Below are positions 49,229 to 57,670 of a stretch of DNA of 64,000 bases, piece by piece. Position 1 is the stretch's first letter. Every line of letters starts with the position of its first letter. Origin of the DNA: an uncultured Lentisphaeria bacterium. Its GTDB lineage: Bacteria > Verrucomicrobiota > Lentisphaeria > Victivallales > UBA1829. The stretch lies in assembly GCA_949282305.1 (NCBI GenBank), contig CASDPB010000055.1, positions 27,324 to 91,323 of the forward strand, read 5' to 3'. Made by a program: the position numbers and the translations under genes. The notes under the pieces were generated by a model. It made no database searches and was not told the origin of the DNA. It saw only the letters and a list, made by a program, of their open reading frames with translations.

Positions 49229-49453
49229 GATCCATTACTCCCTTCTTGAATTTGGAACTGTCAGTAAACATAATCTCCGGCATCGTCATTGCAAGCCCTT
49301 AAACAATATCTTTTTGAGAAAAATCAGGTTTTCTGCCGCATTCCGGTTTCCGGGGAGCTCCGGAGGAGGAAATTTTCTTTTGTCCTGTTCCGATGGGGGA
49401 GGGCGTTTCCGAGGAGCAGACCGTCTTTTGGAAAGACGGCTGCGCGTCTTGGT

Positions 49454-50449
49454 TCACCGGACTGCTGAAAGGGCGGAACGGATGGCATCCTTTACTTTGT
49501 CGAAAGAGTGATCCGCAACGGCGCTGATCGGAATGATCTTGATGCCGCGGACTTTTTTTCTGAGCTGTTTCAGGTTCTCTTCGCTTTCCGGAAGATCCAT
49601 CTTGTTGGCGATGATCAGACATGCCCGTTTGCTGAGGTTCTTCATGTAAAGCTCAAGTTCCTTCTTGAGCGTTTTGAGGTCGTCGCACGGATTCCGTCCG
49701 TCGACTCCCGCCATGTCGAGAACGTAAACCAGAATTTTCGTCCGTTCGATGTGACGCAGAAAGGAGTGTCCGAGCCCGACATTGCGGTGTGCACCGTCAA
49801 GCAGCCCCGGAACGTCCGCCACCAGCAGATTTTTGAAGTCCGGGTAATCCACCACGCCGACTACGGGATGCAGAGTGGTAAACGGGTAGGGCGCCACTTT
49901 GGGTTTAGCATTGGAGATGGCGGAAAGCAGGGTGGATTTGCCGGCGTTCGGAAAGCCAACCAGTCCGACGTCCGCGATCATCTTGAGTTCCAGCTCGACG
50001 GGAATCGGCTCTGTTTTTTCTCCCGGCTCATGTTCGCGGGGCGCGCGGTTGACGCTGGTAGCGAAACGGGTGTTGCCGCGTCCTCCTCTGCCGCCGTAGG
50101 CAACGATGACTTCCTTGTCGACCGCGTCAATGTCCGCCATGATCTCTCCGGTTTCGGCATTTCTGACGATGGTTCCCGGCGGCACCTTGATCTTGAGGTC
50201 CTTTCCGCGGCGTCCGTGCATGTCCTTGCCTTTGCCGGGAATGCCGTTTTCCGCGGCGAATCTGCGTGTGTAAAGGAAATCCTGCAGAGTCTGTTCTCCG
50301 GGAGCCGCAACAAAAATGACATTTCCGCCGTTTCCGCCGTCGCCGCCGTTCGGGCCGCCTTTGGGGATGAACGCTTCACGCCGGAAACTGCAGCAGCCGT
50401 TGCCGCCGTTTCCCGCCTTGATTGTAATCTGGGCTTTGTCTACGAACAT
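49454..50449 (-). CDS. obg: GTPase Obg/CgtA
   Basis: MFVDKAQITIKAGNGGNGCCSFRRE...GGPNGGDGGNGGNV glycine-rich Obg fold, then G motifs GFPNAGKST, DVPG and NKMD. Confidence 0.95.
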   Translation of the reverse strand: MFVDKAQITIKAGNGGNGCCSFRREAFIPKGGPNGGDGGNGGNVIFVAAPGEQTLQDFLYTRRFAAENGIPGKGKDMHGRRGKDLKIKVPPGTIVRNAETGEIMADIDAVDKEVIVAYGGRGGRGNTRFATSVNRAPREHEPGEKTEPIPVELELKMIADVGLVGFPNAGKSTLLSAISNAKPKVAPYPFTTLHPVVGVVDYPDFKNLLVADVPGLLDGAHRNVGLGHSFLRHIERTKILVYVLDMAGVDGRNPCDDLKTLKKELELYMKNLSKRACLIIANKMDLPESEENLKQLRKKVRGIKIIPISAVADHSFDKVKDAIRSALSAVR

Positions 50450-50546
50450 GATTCATACTCCGGATAAGATATTGCGGAAAGTCCAAAAAAAAGCCCGGAG
50501 CACAGGTTCCGGGCCGACCAATACAAAAAGATGCAACAGTGTCCTG

Positions 50547-50807
50547 TTATTCCGCGGCAGCTTCCGCCGGGATGACTTCCACCATGCGTTTCGGTTTGGA
50601 GAATTTCACCGTGCCGTCCGCGAGAGCGAACAGGGTGAAGTCTCTGCCGCATCCGACGTTTTTGCCGGGACGGTATCTGGTTCCGCGCTGGCGGATGATG
50701 ATGCTGCCTGTCGTTACGAATTCACCGCCGAACGCCTTGACGCCGAGCATCTTCGGCTGGCTGTCGCGTCCGTTTTTGCTGCTGGACTGACCTTTTTTAT
50801 GTGCCAT
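50547..50807 (-). CDS. rpmA: 50S ribosomal protein L27
   Basis: [39 protein letters not shown] is a canonical L27 sequence. Confidence 0.95.
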   Translation of the reverse strand: MAHKKGQSSSKNGRDSQPKMLGVKAFGGEFVTTGSIIIRQRGTRYRPGKNVGCGRDFTLFALADGTVKFSKPKRMVEVIPAEAAAE

Positions 50808-50963
50808 GATATATCTCCTTGAAATTATAATTTCGCACTTGATACAAACATAAGCAGATAATATATCCGTTCCTCTTTTTTTTGCAACTGCTTTTTCCGA
50901 GAAATATCGGATTTTTTCCGACTTTCGGGCAACGAGTCCGGAAAAAACATGCCCGCTCCGCCG

Positions 50964-52460
50964 TCAGGTTCTTTCCGGTGAAACTTCCGCATCGGGTTTT
51001 CCCTCGTCCGGGGAAGGGGGCAGGTCGATGACGCTGATGTGTTTCCACGCGCCGCTTTTCCTGCGCCAGAGCATGAAGAATGCGTCAACGGCGATATAGA
51101 CCGTAATGAAGAGCCAGACCGTGCCGACGGAAGCGTGGGCGAAATAAACCAGGTAGACCGTTCCGGGGATCTGGATCAGCCAGGATGTGCCGAGTCCGAT
51201 CAGGAGAGGGACGAAGGTGTCTCCGGCTCCGCGCAGGCTTCCCATTGTGATGAACCGGGTGGCGTCCAGCAGGTTGAAGATCACGGCAAGCCGCAGGATT
51301 GTGATGATGTATTCCGTCACCAGAGCGTTGTCCATGTTGGTCGTTCCCTGATTCTGCGAATCGAAAATCCGGATCAGGAGCTGGGGCCAGCAAAGGTAGA
51401 TGACGGAAATGGAAAGCATCCAGAGAAACAGGATTCTGATGGATCTTCCGGCAATCCGGTCGGCGACGAGCAGACGGCGTTTGCCGATGTATTGCCCGGT
51501 AATGATGCTGGTCGCGTCCATCAGTCCGATCATGGGCATGTTTCCGATCATGTTGATGGAGAGTGCGATGCTGGTTGCCGCCAGCGGTTCGTTGCCGAGC
51601 CGTCCGATCATGATGATGACGCAGGCGAATGCGGCGTTGCGCAGGAAAGTCTGGAATCCCGCCGGCGTTCCGAAGCAAAGCAGCTTCCGGATGTATTCCA
51701 GGTGAAAACGCTTGTGTCTGCGCGTTTCATATTCCTTCTGATTCACGAGCAGGAAGCAGGAGGCGGAAATACAGAGGGAGCAAAGACTTGCGATGGAGCT
51801 GGCGAGTCCCGCACCGAGAATCCCGAGCGGCGGAAGCCCGAGTTTGCCGAACACGAAAATATAGTTCAGGGGGACGGAGATCAGACAGCCGATGATTTTG
51901 ATCGCGGCGACGATCTGTGTCCTGCCGCGCCCCGTGAAGAACGAAAGAAACGGCGTTTCCATGCAGATCAGTCCCGCGCAGGGAGAGAGCGCGATGAAGT
52001 ATTCCGCCTCGTAGACCGCAATCCGCGGGTCATGACCGTTGTGGGTCAGAATCCAGGCGCCGCCGAGCGGCAGCGTGTAGGCAAGAACTGCGGCGACGAT
52101 CGCCCCGAAGTAAAAGCCGTTCCATGTCGCCCGGATGCACCCCTCGCGATTGTCCGACCCGTGGTGCTGCGCCACAATGGTAGCCGTAAAGGAGGTCGTA
52201 ATCAGGAAGAACGCCATCAGGGTGAAGAACATCTGCGACGCCGGCATGGACGCCGCGACTTCGTCTTTGGAATCCCACGCCAGGAAGACGCGGTTCGTAA
52301 TCATCATGACGGTGTTGCTGGCGCTGAGAATGATCAGCGGCCATGCGATGCGCCAGATTTCGGCATATCCGCCCGGCTCGTAAAACTGACGTTTGCTGAA
52401 ATAACCGGTAAATGTGTTCCATACAGGAAGAATCAGTCTGCTGAACATAATCTCTCTCAA
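50964..52460 (-). CDS. MATE family efflux transporter
   Basis: 498 aa, about 12 TM helices in two homologous halves, with a typical N-terminus (EIWRIAWPLIL..). Confidence 0.7.
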   Translation of the reverse strand: MREIMFSRLILPVWNTFTGYFSKRQFYEPGGYAEIWRIAWPLIILSASNTVMMITNRVFLAWDSKDEVAASMPASQMFFTLMAFFLITTSFTATIVAQHHGSDNREGCIRATWNGFYFGAIVAAVLAYTLPLGGAWILTHNGHDPRIAVYEAEYFIALSPCAGLICMETPFLSFFTGRGRTQIVAAIKIIGCLISVPLNYIFVFGKLGLPPLGILGAGLASSIASLCSLCISASCFLLVNQKEYETRRHKRFHLEYIRKLLCFGTPAGFQTFLRNAAFACVIIMIGRLGNEPLAATSIALSINMIGNMPMIGLMDATSIITGQYIGKRRLLVADRIAGRSIRILFLWMLSISVIYLCWPQLLIRIFDSQNQGTTNMDNALVTEYIITILRLAVIFNLLDATRFITMGSLRGAGDTFVPLLIGLGTSWLIQIPGTVYLVYFAHASVGTVWLFITVYIAVDAFFMLWRRKSGAWKHISVIDLPPSPDEGKPDAEVSPERT

Positions 52461-52716
52461 TCAAAACATGGATTAAGCGGTATTACCGTCCGCCCGGCGG
52501 GAGTTTTCCCGCACCGGAAAACTTTAAGTTACAGGAATGGGAAATATAATCATGAATTGCATGATTTCCAGTGCGGATGCTGAAAAATTTGATTTTTAAA
52601 TTATTATGAAGGAAAACAGCGAAGGAACCGGCGCGGGAAAAGTCCGGGGGGCGCAGGGGATTCCCGCCGTGCGCCCCGCCGCGGACGGCAGTTTCGCCGT
52701 CGGAGCCGTTCTGTTT

Positions 52717-54942
52717 TCACTCGAGTGCGACAATTCCCCGCCGAGGCACGCGGAACGTGACCTTCACATTGTTTTTTCCGCTTTCCGCCTTGAACGGCAG
52801 GGGGGCGCCATGGAACAGAAGCCTTGACGGAGCTTTTGTCATGATCAGTTCCGCATCGCCGGCATAGTCGAACTCGACGGCTTTTTCCGTGCATGAATTG
52901 ATCCGCATATTGGCGTCGAGGAGCATGGCTTTCTCCGCGCATGAAACGGCGAAGAGACGGCTGCCGTGCGGTTCGACTTCGACCGTATGGGCGGCATGGA
53001 AAGGAACGGTTTCATTGCTCCATACATTGGTCAGCAGGTAGTTTCCCGCGGGGAGCCCGAGCGTTTCCGGCGAGAATGTGATTTTCAGCGGTTCGTCTTC
53101 GATGTTGAACAGTCCGGCGGTGCGCAGCGGCAGAAGCGGATTGTTTTCCCCGGTGCAGAAATGCGGCGTTCTGAAATAGAGGATGCGCGGGATCAGGTTC
53201 CGGCTGTCGCGGTAATTGTAACCGCCGAGGAAGACTTCCTGTCCGTTGTTGGGATTGCAGACCGCCTTTTTCAGAGTTTTGAAACGCGGAGATTCCGGAT
53301 CGGCTTCGCTGAGTCTTCCTGCAATCTCCACCATGGAATGCGAGGCGAGGCAGTAGTTCAGGCAGAACATCGCCTCCGTGTCGTTGAGCCCGGGAAAGAG
53401 TCCGACCGAGTCGCTGTTCGGCACGAAAAGATCGCCGGTGTGAGTTGCGAAACATGCCGCGCCCCAGAGGAAATTGGTTTTGACGTGATCCCAGTTGCCG
53501 CTGCCGATGTCGATGCCGTAACGGTAGTTCGTGAAATATTCCCCGAGGAAGGGGTTGCCCATGACAATGTCGCAGCCGGTCTGAAGATAGGCGTCCGCGG
53601 GAAGGCGTCTGCGGATTTCCCCGAGCCACCAGGCGCGCCATTCGTAGCCGGAGGCGTCATTGTTCTTCAGCAGGTTGTGGCTGTCCTCGAACGCATAGCT
53701 CCAAAAGTCGTGCTTCATGCCTTCAAAGGCGTAGTCGCCGAAGAACACGTCCAGCGCGTGTTCCATATAGGCGCGGACTTCCGGCAGGCTGACGTCCAGC
53801 GGCGCGGAGGACTTCACGCGGTAGTCGTAATTGATGAACCATTCCGGATGGTCTTTGAAGATCGGGGTGTGTTTGGGGCAGAACCCGCCGATCCATACCG
53901 CGGGGCGGAGTCCCGTCTCGCGGATTTTGTCGGTGAAGGCGCGCAGACCATCCGGGAATTTCCGGGGATCCACCCCGGCTTCCCCCTCATAGGGCATGCC
54001 GAGTCCGTGCGCGGGCGGCACATTGGCGGCATAGCCGTCATCCACCTGAATCCAGCGGACGGCGGGGAAGTGTTCCTTCAGGAAACGTGCCTCCCTGACA
54101 AGCATCTCTTCGGAGATGTCGCGGAAGATGCCGTCGTTCCAGGAACCCCACACCATGTTGTCGCGGTTGATTTTCGTCGCTCCGTACATCGGCGGGAGAT
54201 GCCTGCGGAGTTCCGCCGTATATCGTTGGAAAATAAGTTCGAGGTCGTCTGCGTGATCCGTTGTGCCAAGATACCATTCGTCCGTCAGGGTTCTTCCCGG
54301 GGCGCAGTGAAGCGCGCCGACGCCTTTGAATCCGGAGAAAATGTCGAGGCGGATTCTGCCGTTTTCATGCGAAACCAGATAGTTGTGGTAGAACAGCTTC
54401 TGGCTGAGCGTTCCGTGGACCAGCCCTGTTTTCTTCTTGCTGTTGCTGAGGAGAATTGCCGGAAACGGCTGATAGGGAGAGCGTCCGATCCGTTCGCAGA
54501 CCACGCCCGGATCCGCCCAGCGGTTCCCCGCCTGTTCGTCGAAGCCGGTGTCTTTCAGATCGCCGGAGCCGACACGGTCATAGTCCACGGGAATCGACAT
54601 CTTCTCGTAGACGCGCGGGTTTTCGTTGTGATAGAAGTAATCGTCTCCGGGCTCTCCCCCGAATGTGATGCCGTTCAGTTCCACTCCGAGTTCGCAAATG
54701 TCTCGCTCCTGCCCCCCCAGCCGGAACAGGCGTCTGCAGGTGAGCTCCCCGTCTTTCAGTGTGAAATAGAAGTCGTCCCGGATTCCGTCCGGATAAAGCG
54801 CCGTGAGCTGAAGCGTCTCTCCGCCTTCCGTGATCCGGATGGACTGCGGCTCTGTTCTGCCTCCCTCTTCTGCTGAGAAAAAAGGACGGAATGTGACTGC
54901 GCCGCCATGACGGGCGGACAAGATTTCCTCTATCTTGTTCAT
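52717..54942 (-). CDS. alpha-galactosidase-like glycoside hydrolase (clan GH-D, GH36-related)
   Basis: 741 aa. WIQVDDGY (compare DDGW), GMKHDFW (compare the KWD nucleophile block) and VPNSDSVG (acid/base-like), with N- and C-terminal beta domains. Confidence 0.55.
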   Translation of the reverse strand: MNKIEEILSARHGGAVTFRPFFSAEEGGRTEPQSIRITEGGETLQLTALYPDGIRDDFYFTLKDGELTCRRLFRLGGQERDICELGVELNGITFGGEPGDDYFYHNENPRVYEKMSIPVDYDRVGSGDLKDTGFDEQAGNRWADPGVVCERIGRSPYQPFPAILLSNSKKKTGLVHGTLSQKLFYHNYLVSHENGRIRLDIFSGFKGVGALHCAPGRTLTDEWYLGTTDHADDLELIFQRYTAELRRHLPPMYGATKINRDNMVWGSWNDGIFRDISEEMLVREARFLKEHFPAVRWIQVDDGYAANVPPAHGLGMPYEGEAGVDPRKFPDGLRAFTDKIRETGLRPAVWIGGFCPKHTPIFKDHPEWFINYDYRVKSSAPLDVSLPEVRAYMEHALDVFFGDYAFEGMKHDFWSYAFEDSHNLLKNNDASGYEWRAWWLGEIRRRLPADAYLQTGCDIVMGNPFLGEYFTNYRYGIDIGSGNWDHVKTNFLWGAACFATHTGDLFVPNSDSVGLFPGLNDTEAMFCLNYCLASHSMVEIAGRLSEADPESPRFKTLKKAVCNPNNGQEVFLGGYNYRDSRNLIPRILYFRTPHFCTGENNPLLPLRTAGLFNIEDEPLKITFSPETLGLPAGNYLLTNVWSNETVPFHAAHTVEVEPHGSRLFAVSCAEKAMLLDANMRINSCTEKAVEFDYAGDAELIMTKAPSRLLFHGAPLPFKAESGKNNVKVTFRVPRRGIVALE

Positions 54943-55280
54943 AAGATGTTTTCTCCCCTTGAATGAAAACGGTTTCGGGAAAAATACATTCCGGTTTTCC
55001 CTTTTGCAACCGCCGGACGGAGAAATAACGGGGATTTTTTCCGTTTTTTCCTTGACACCCTTCTGAACTCATTTTCACCCGGAATCACGGCTTTTCCGCC
55101 GCATTTTGTTTGACGCTTTCCGAACTGTGGAGAAGGCGGATAAGGGATCCGCCGGAGGAATTGCGCTCCCGGGAAGCGGGAGCTGAACTGAAAAGCATCG
55201 CATGATGCGGAAAGGATCAGAAAATGATCGGACATTGCGGCGAAGGAATCTACAGGATTGAGCCGGGGAGAAAAAACAGA

Positions 55281-56003
55281 ATGACGGAAAAACAGCTGCG
55301 GCAGCTTGCCGCGTCCGGGGAGTTCCAGGAACTTCTGCGGAATGACAGACAAATCAAACGCCTGGAGGCGCTGAAGTACAATCCCAGGGACGAGTTCCTC
55401 TCTATCTGCGAAGTTCTGGGAATGAAACTCCGTTTCAGGCACCTGGAGCTGAATCTGCTGACGCCGGCGGTATGGACGTATCTCTGGACGATCCGGAGCC
55501 CTTACACCGGAAACATCGAAAAGGCGGATGAACTGGATACGGACATCTTCCTCTACCTGCTTGCCGTGGATCTGCGGAAACTGGGCGATATATCGCCGGA
55601 GAGGATCGCGGGAGACGCCGACGGCTTCTGCCGGAGGAACGCGATCGTGTGGGAGGAGGCGAAACTGTGGCTCACGGAGAGAATCTACTTCGCCTTCCGG
55701 CCCTTCGAGATGCTGCCCGACCAGCAGCGGGAGAGCCGCGGTTCAACCGAAATCCGCTGTGACATGGACTGGATGACGCGCTTCTGTTCGATTGTCGCAA
55801 GGGAGACATGCGAGCCTGTTGCAACGGTTATGTTTGACATGGGGCTCGGATGCTGCTGCGCCTATCTGATTCAGGCTTTGCGCAGAAAGGACAGAAAACA
55901 TCTGATCTACAGGAGAACCGATCCGGAACTCTGCAAACAGATCTATGAACATACGCTCCTGCTTGCAGAGCAATTCCTTGCCGGAAAGGAGAAAGCGCAC
56001 TAA
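55281..56003 (+). CDS. hypothetical 240-aa helical protein, paralog 1 (paralog of 59988-60710)
   Basis: Aligns end to end with the 59988 protein: TEKQL..LAAS.EFQ.LL, TPAVW.YLW, DTDIFLYL, AFRP..MLP, DW.TR.C.IV.RET, CC.Y.IQALR. GGGGAG RBS before the ATG at 55281. Both copies have the same length. Confidence 0.7.
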   Translation: MTEKQLRQLAASGEFQELLRNDRQIKRLEALKYNPRDEFLSICEVLGMKLRFRHLELNLLTPAVWTYLWTIRSPYTGNIEKADELDTDIFLYLLAVDLRKLGDISPERIAGDADGFCRRNAIVWEEAKLWLTERIYFAFRPFEMLPDQQRESRGSTEIRCDMDWMTRFCSIVARETCEPVATVMFDMGLGCCCAYLIQALRRKDRKHLIYRRTDPELCKQIYEHTLLLAEQFLAGKEKAH

Positions 56004-56172
56004 CATGCCGGCGCGCGGGGAATCCGTTTCGGCGGGAGCATGTTCAGGCTGAGTGCCGAGCCTGTGCGCCGGGAGAGGAATCACTGCCGGCATGTTCGCC
56101 CGGTCCGGGGACCGGCAGTGACTCCGCAAGGCGTTTCCGGGGGTGTCCTGACATGACAAATCCCGCTGAAAT

Positions 56173-56691
56173 TTATCTGATGGAAAAATACGATATAATG
56201 AAATGGGAAGATGTCAAGCCGATGTATTCCAATACAAGCTGTCGTATTTCCTGAATGCGGATGTTTTCATCGGAATATACCAGATAGCAGTATTTCCGGA
56301 TATTCACCATGATGATATTTGCCATAATCATATTGGCGAACCCCAGAGCAAGGGGGACGACAACACTGCAAATGAGCCAGCACAATCCCAGCGCACCAAT
56401 GGAAGGGAAAAAATCGGACTCCGTCAGAACCAGATAGGGGAAAACTATACAACTTAAAAGGCAGATCCAGACTGCGAGATGGCAAGCCAGGTTTGCGAAG
56501 AATGATAGCCATTTGATCCGTTTCATGTAGACCTCCGGGGAAGGGGAATCCTCTTCTTCCTCCTGCGGCATGTCTTCATAAGAAATGATGGCGTAGTCTT
56601 CAGGAAACGACGCATCCTCTTCTTGAGAACAGTCTGGAACAGGTTGGGCTGTCTGCTCCTCCTCCTGCCATTCTTGTCTCCTTGCTGACAT
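56173..56691 (-). CDS. small membrane protein, tandem copy 1
   Basis: 172 aa from MSARRQEW with a GGAG RBS. Acidic N-terminal region, then 3-4 TM helices and a conserved C-terminal tail NIRKYCYLVYSDENIRIQEIRQLVLEYIGLTSSHF. Confidence 0.65.
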   Translation of the reverse strand: MSARRQEWQEEEQTAQPVPDCSQEEDASFPEDYAIISYEDMPQEEEEDSPSPEVYMKRIKWLSFFANLACHLAVWICLLSCIVFPYLVLTESDFFPSIGALGLCWLICSVVVPLALGFANMIMANIIMVNIRKYCYLVYSDENIRIQEIRQLVLEYIGLTSSHFIISYFSIR

Positions 56692-56912
56692 GATATTCTC
56701 CGGATTTCGTATTTGTGAATATTTTTTTATTCTCAAACAGTAAAATACAGCTGCAATAAAAAAAAGCAAACAGTTTTCTGCGGCTGTTCTTAATTTATTC
56801 TTCAAGTTGGAGGAAGGAAAAATGTGAAGAGAGATACTTTTCCGTAACTTTCACAGGGCAGAGGCATAAAGAAAGAAAACGGATGATCTGGTTTTGCCGA
56901 TTCCGCTGAAAT

Positions 56913-57434
56913 TTATCTGATGGAAAAATACGACGTAATGAAATGGGAAGATGTCAAGCCGATGTATTCCAATACAAGCTGTCGTATTTCCTGAATGCGG
57001 ATGTTTTCATCGGAATATACCAGATTGCAGTATTTCCGGATATTCACCATGATGATATTTGCCATGATCATATTGGCGAACCCCAGAGAAAGGGGGGTGA
57101 CAACACAACTTAAAAATGCAAAGTTATAGCAAGCATTTGGTGAAGAAAAGAACTGAGGGTCTTTCACACATACAATTGCAAGAAATATTAAACTTAAAAT
57201 GAGGATCCAGACTGCGAGATGGCAAGCCAGGTTTGCGAAGAATGATAGCCATTTGATCCGTTTCATGTAGACCTCCGGGGAAGGGGAATCCTTCTCCTCT
57301 TCCTCCTGCGGCATGTCTTCATAAGAAATGATGGCGTAGTCTTCAGGAAACGACGCATCCTCTTCTTGAGAACAGTCTGGAACAGATTGGGCTGTCTGCT
57401 CTTTCTGATGCCGTTTTCGTCTCCTTTTTGACAT
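56913..57434 (-). CDS. small membrane protein, tandem copy 2
   Basis: 173 aa. Near-identical to copy 1 in the acidic region, first TM helix and C-terminal tail. Divergent at the extreme N-terminus and in the central TM segment. Confidence 0.65.
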   Translation of the reverse strand: MSKRRRKRHQKEQTAQSVPDCSQEEDASFPEDYAIISYEDMPQEEEEKDSPSPEVYMKRIKWLSFFANLACHLAVWILILSLIFLAIVCVKDPQFFSSPNACYNFAFLSCVVTPLSLGFANMIMANIIMVNIRKYCNLVYSDENIRIQEIRQLVLEYIGLTSSHFITSYFSIR

Positions 57435-57670
57435 GGTATCCTCCGGATTTCGTGTTTGTGAATATTTTTTATTCTCTAGCAGTAAAATACAGCTGCAATG
57501 AAAAAAAGCAAACAGTTTTCTGCGGCTGTTCTTAATTTATTTTTCAAATTGGAGGAAAGAAAAATGTGAAGAGAGATATTTTTCCGTAACTTTCACAGGG
57601 CAGAGGCATAAAGAAGGAAATGTCTTGCCGAACTTATAATTTTTAATTTTTACATGGGAGAATTTTCACG

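Larger units (their letters stand above)
56161..57625. repeat. tandem direct duplication, two units with a 740-bp period (gene plus its upstream non-coding region)
   Basis: Unit 1 is about 56161-56890 and unit 2 about 56901-57625. Long stretches are almost identical, for example ccgctgaaatttatctgatggaaaaatacga... and ccagactgcgagatggcaagccaggtttgcgaagaatgatagccatttgatccgtttcatgtagacctccggggaaggggaatcc. They are interrupted by an unalignable core of about 120-130 nt. Confidence 0.9.

Noticed and set aside
50450-50963. Absence of rplU upstream of rpmA-obg, and of rimP upstream of nusA, considered as operon rearrangements of interest
   Set aside because: Gene order of these loci varies widely between phyla. 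The missing genes are probably elsewhere in the genome, and nothing in the sequence suggests decay or pseudogenes.
52966-54876. 636-aa plus-strand ORF opposite the clan GH-D hydrolase gene. Similar long antisense ORFs occur at 21572-22924, 27142-28530, 32025-32966, 34709-35782, 36671-37717, 38060-39202, 40632-41936, 45913-48211, 49508-50467 and 51039-52583.
   Set aside because: Each is fully contained in, or mirrors, a gene with clear family motifs on the other strand. None has an SD-like sequence or recognisable domains.
56001-56121. GC-rich inverted repeats after the first 240-aa gene, considered as MITE ends or a recombination site. They are aacatgccggc / gccggcatgtt about 75 nt apart, and tcactgccgg / ccggcagtga at 56081-56121.
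   Set aside because: There is only one copy in the window and no target-site duplication. The position between convergent genes fits an ordinary, if elaborate, terminator structure.
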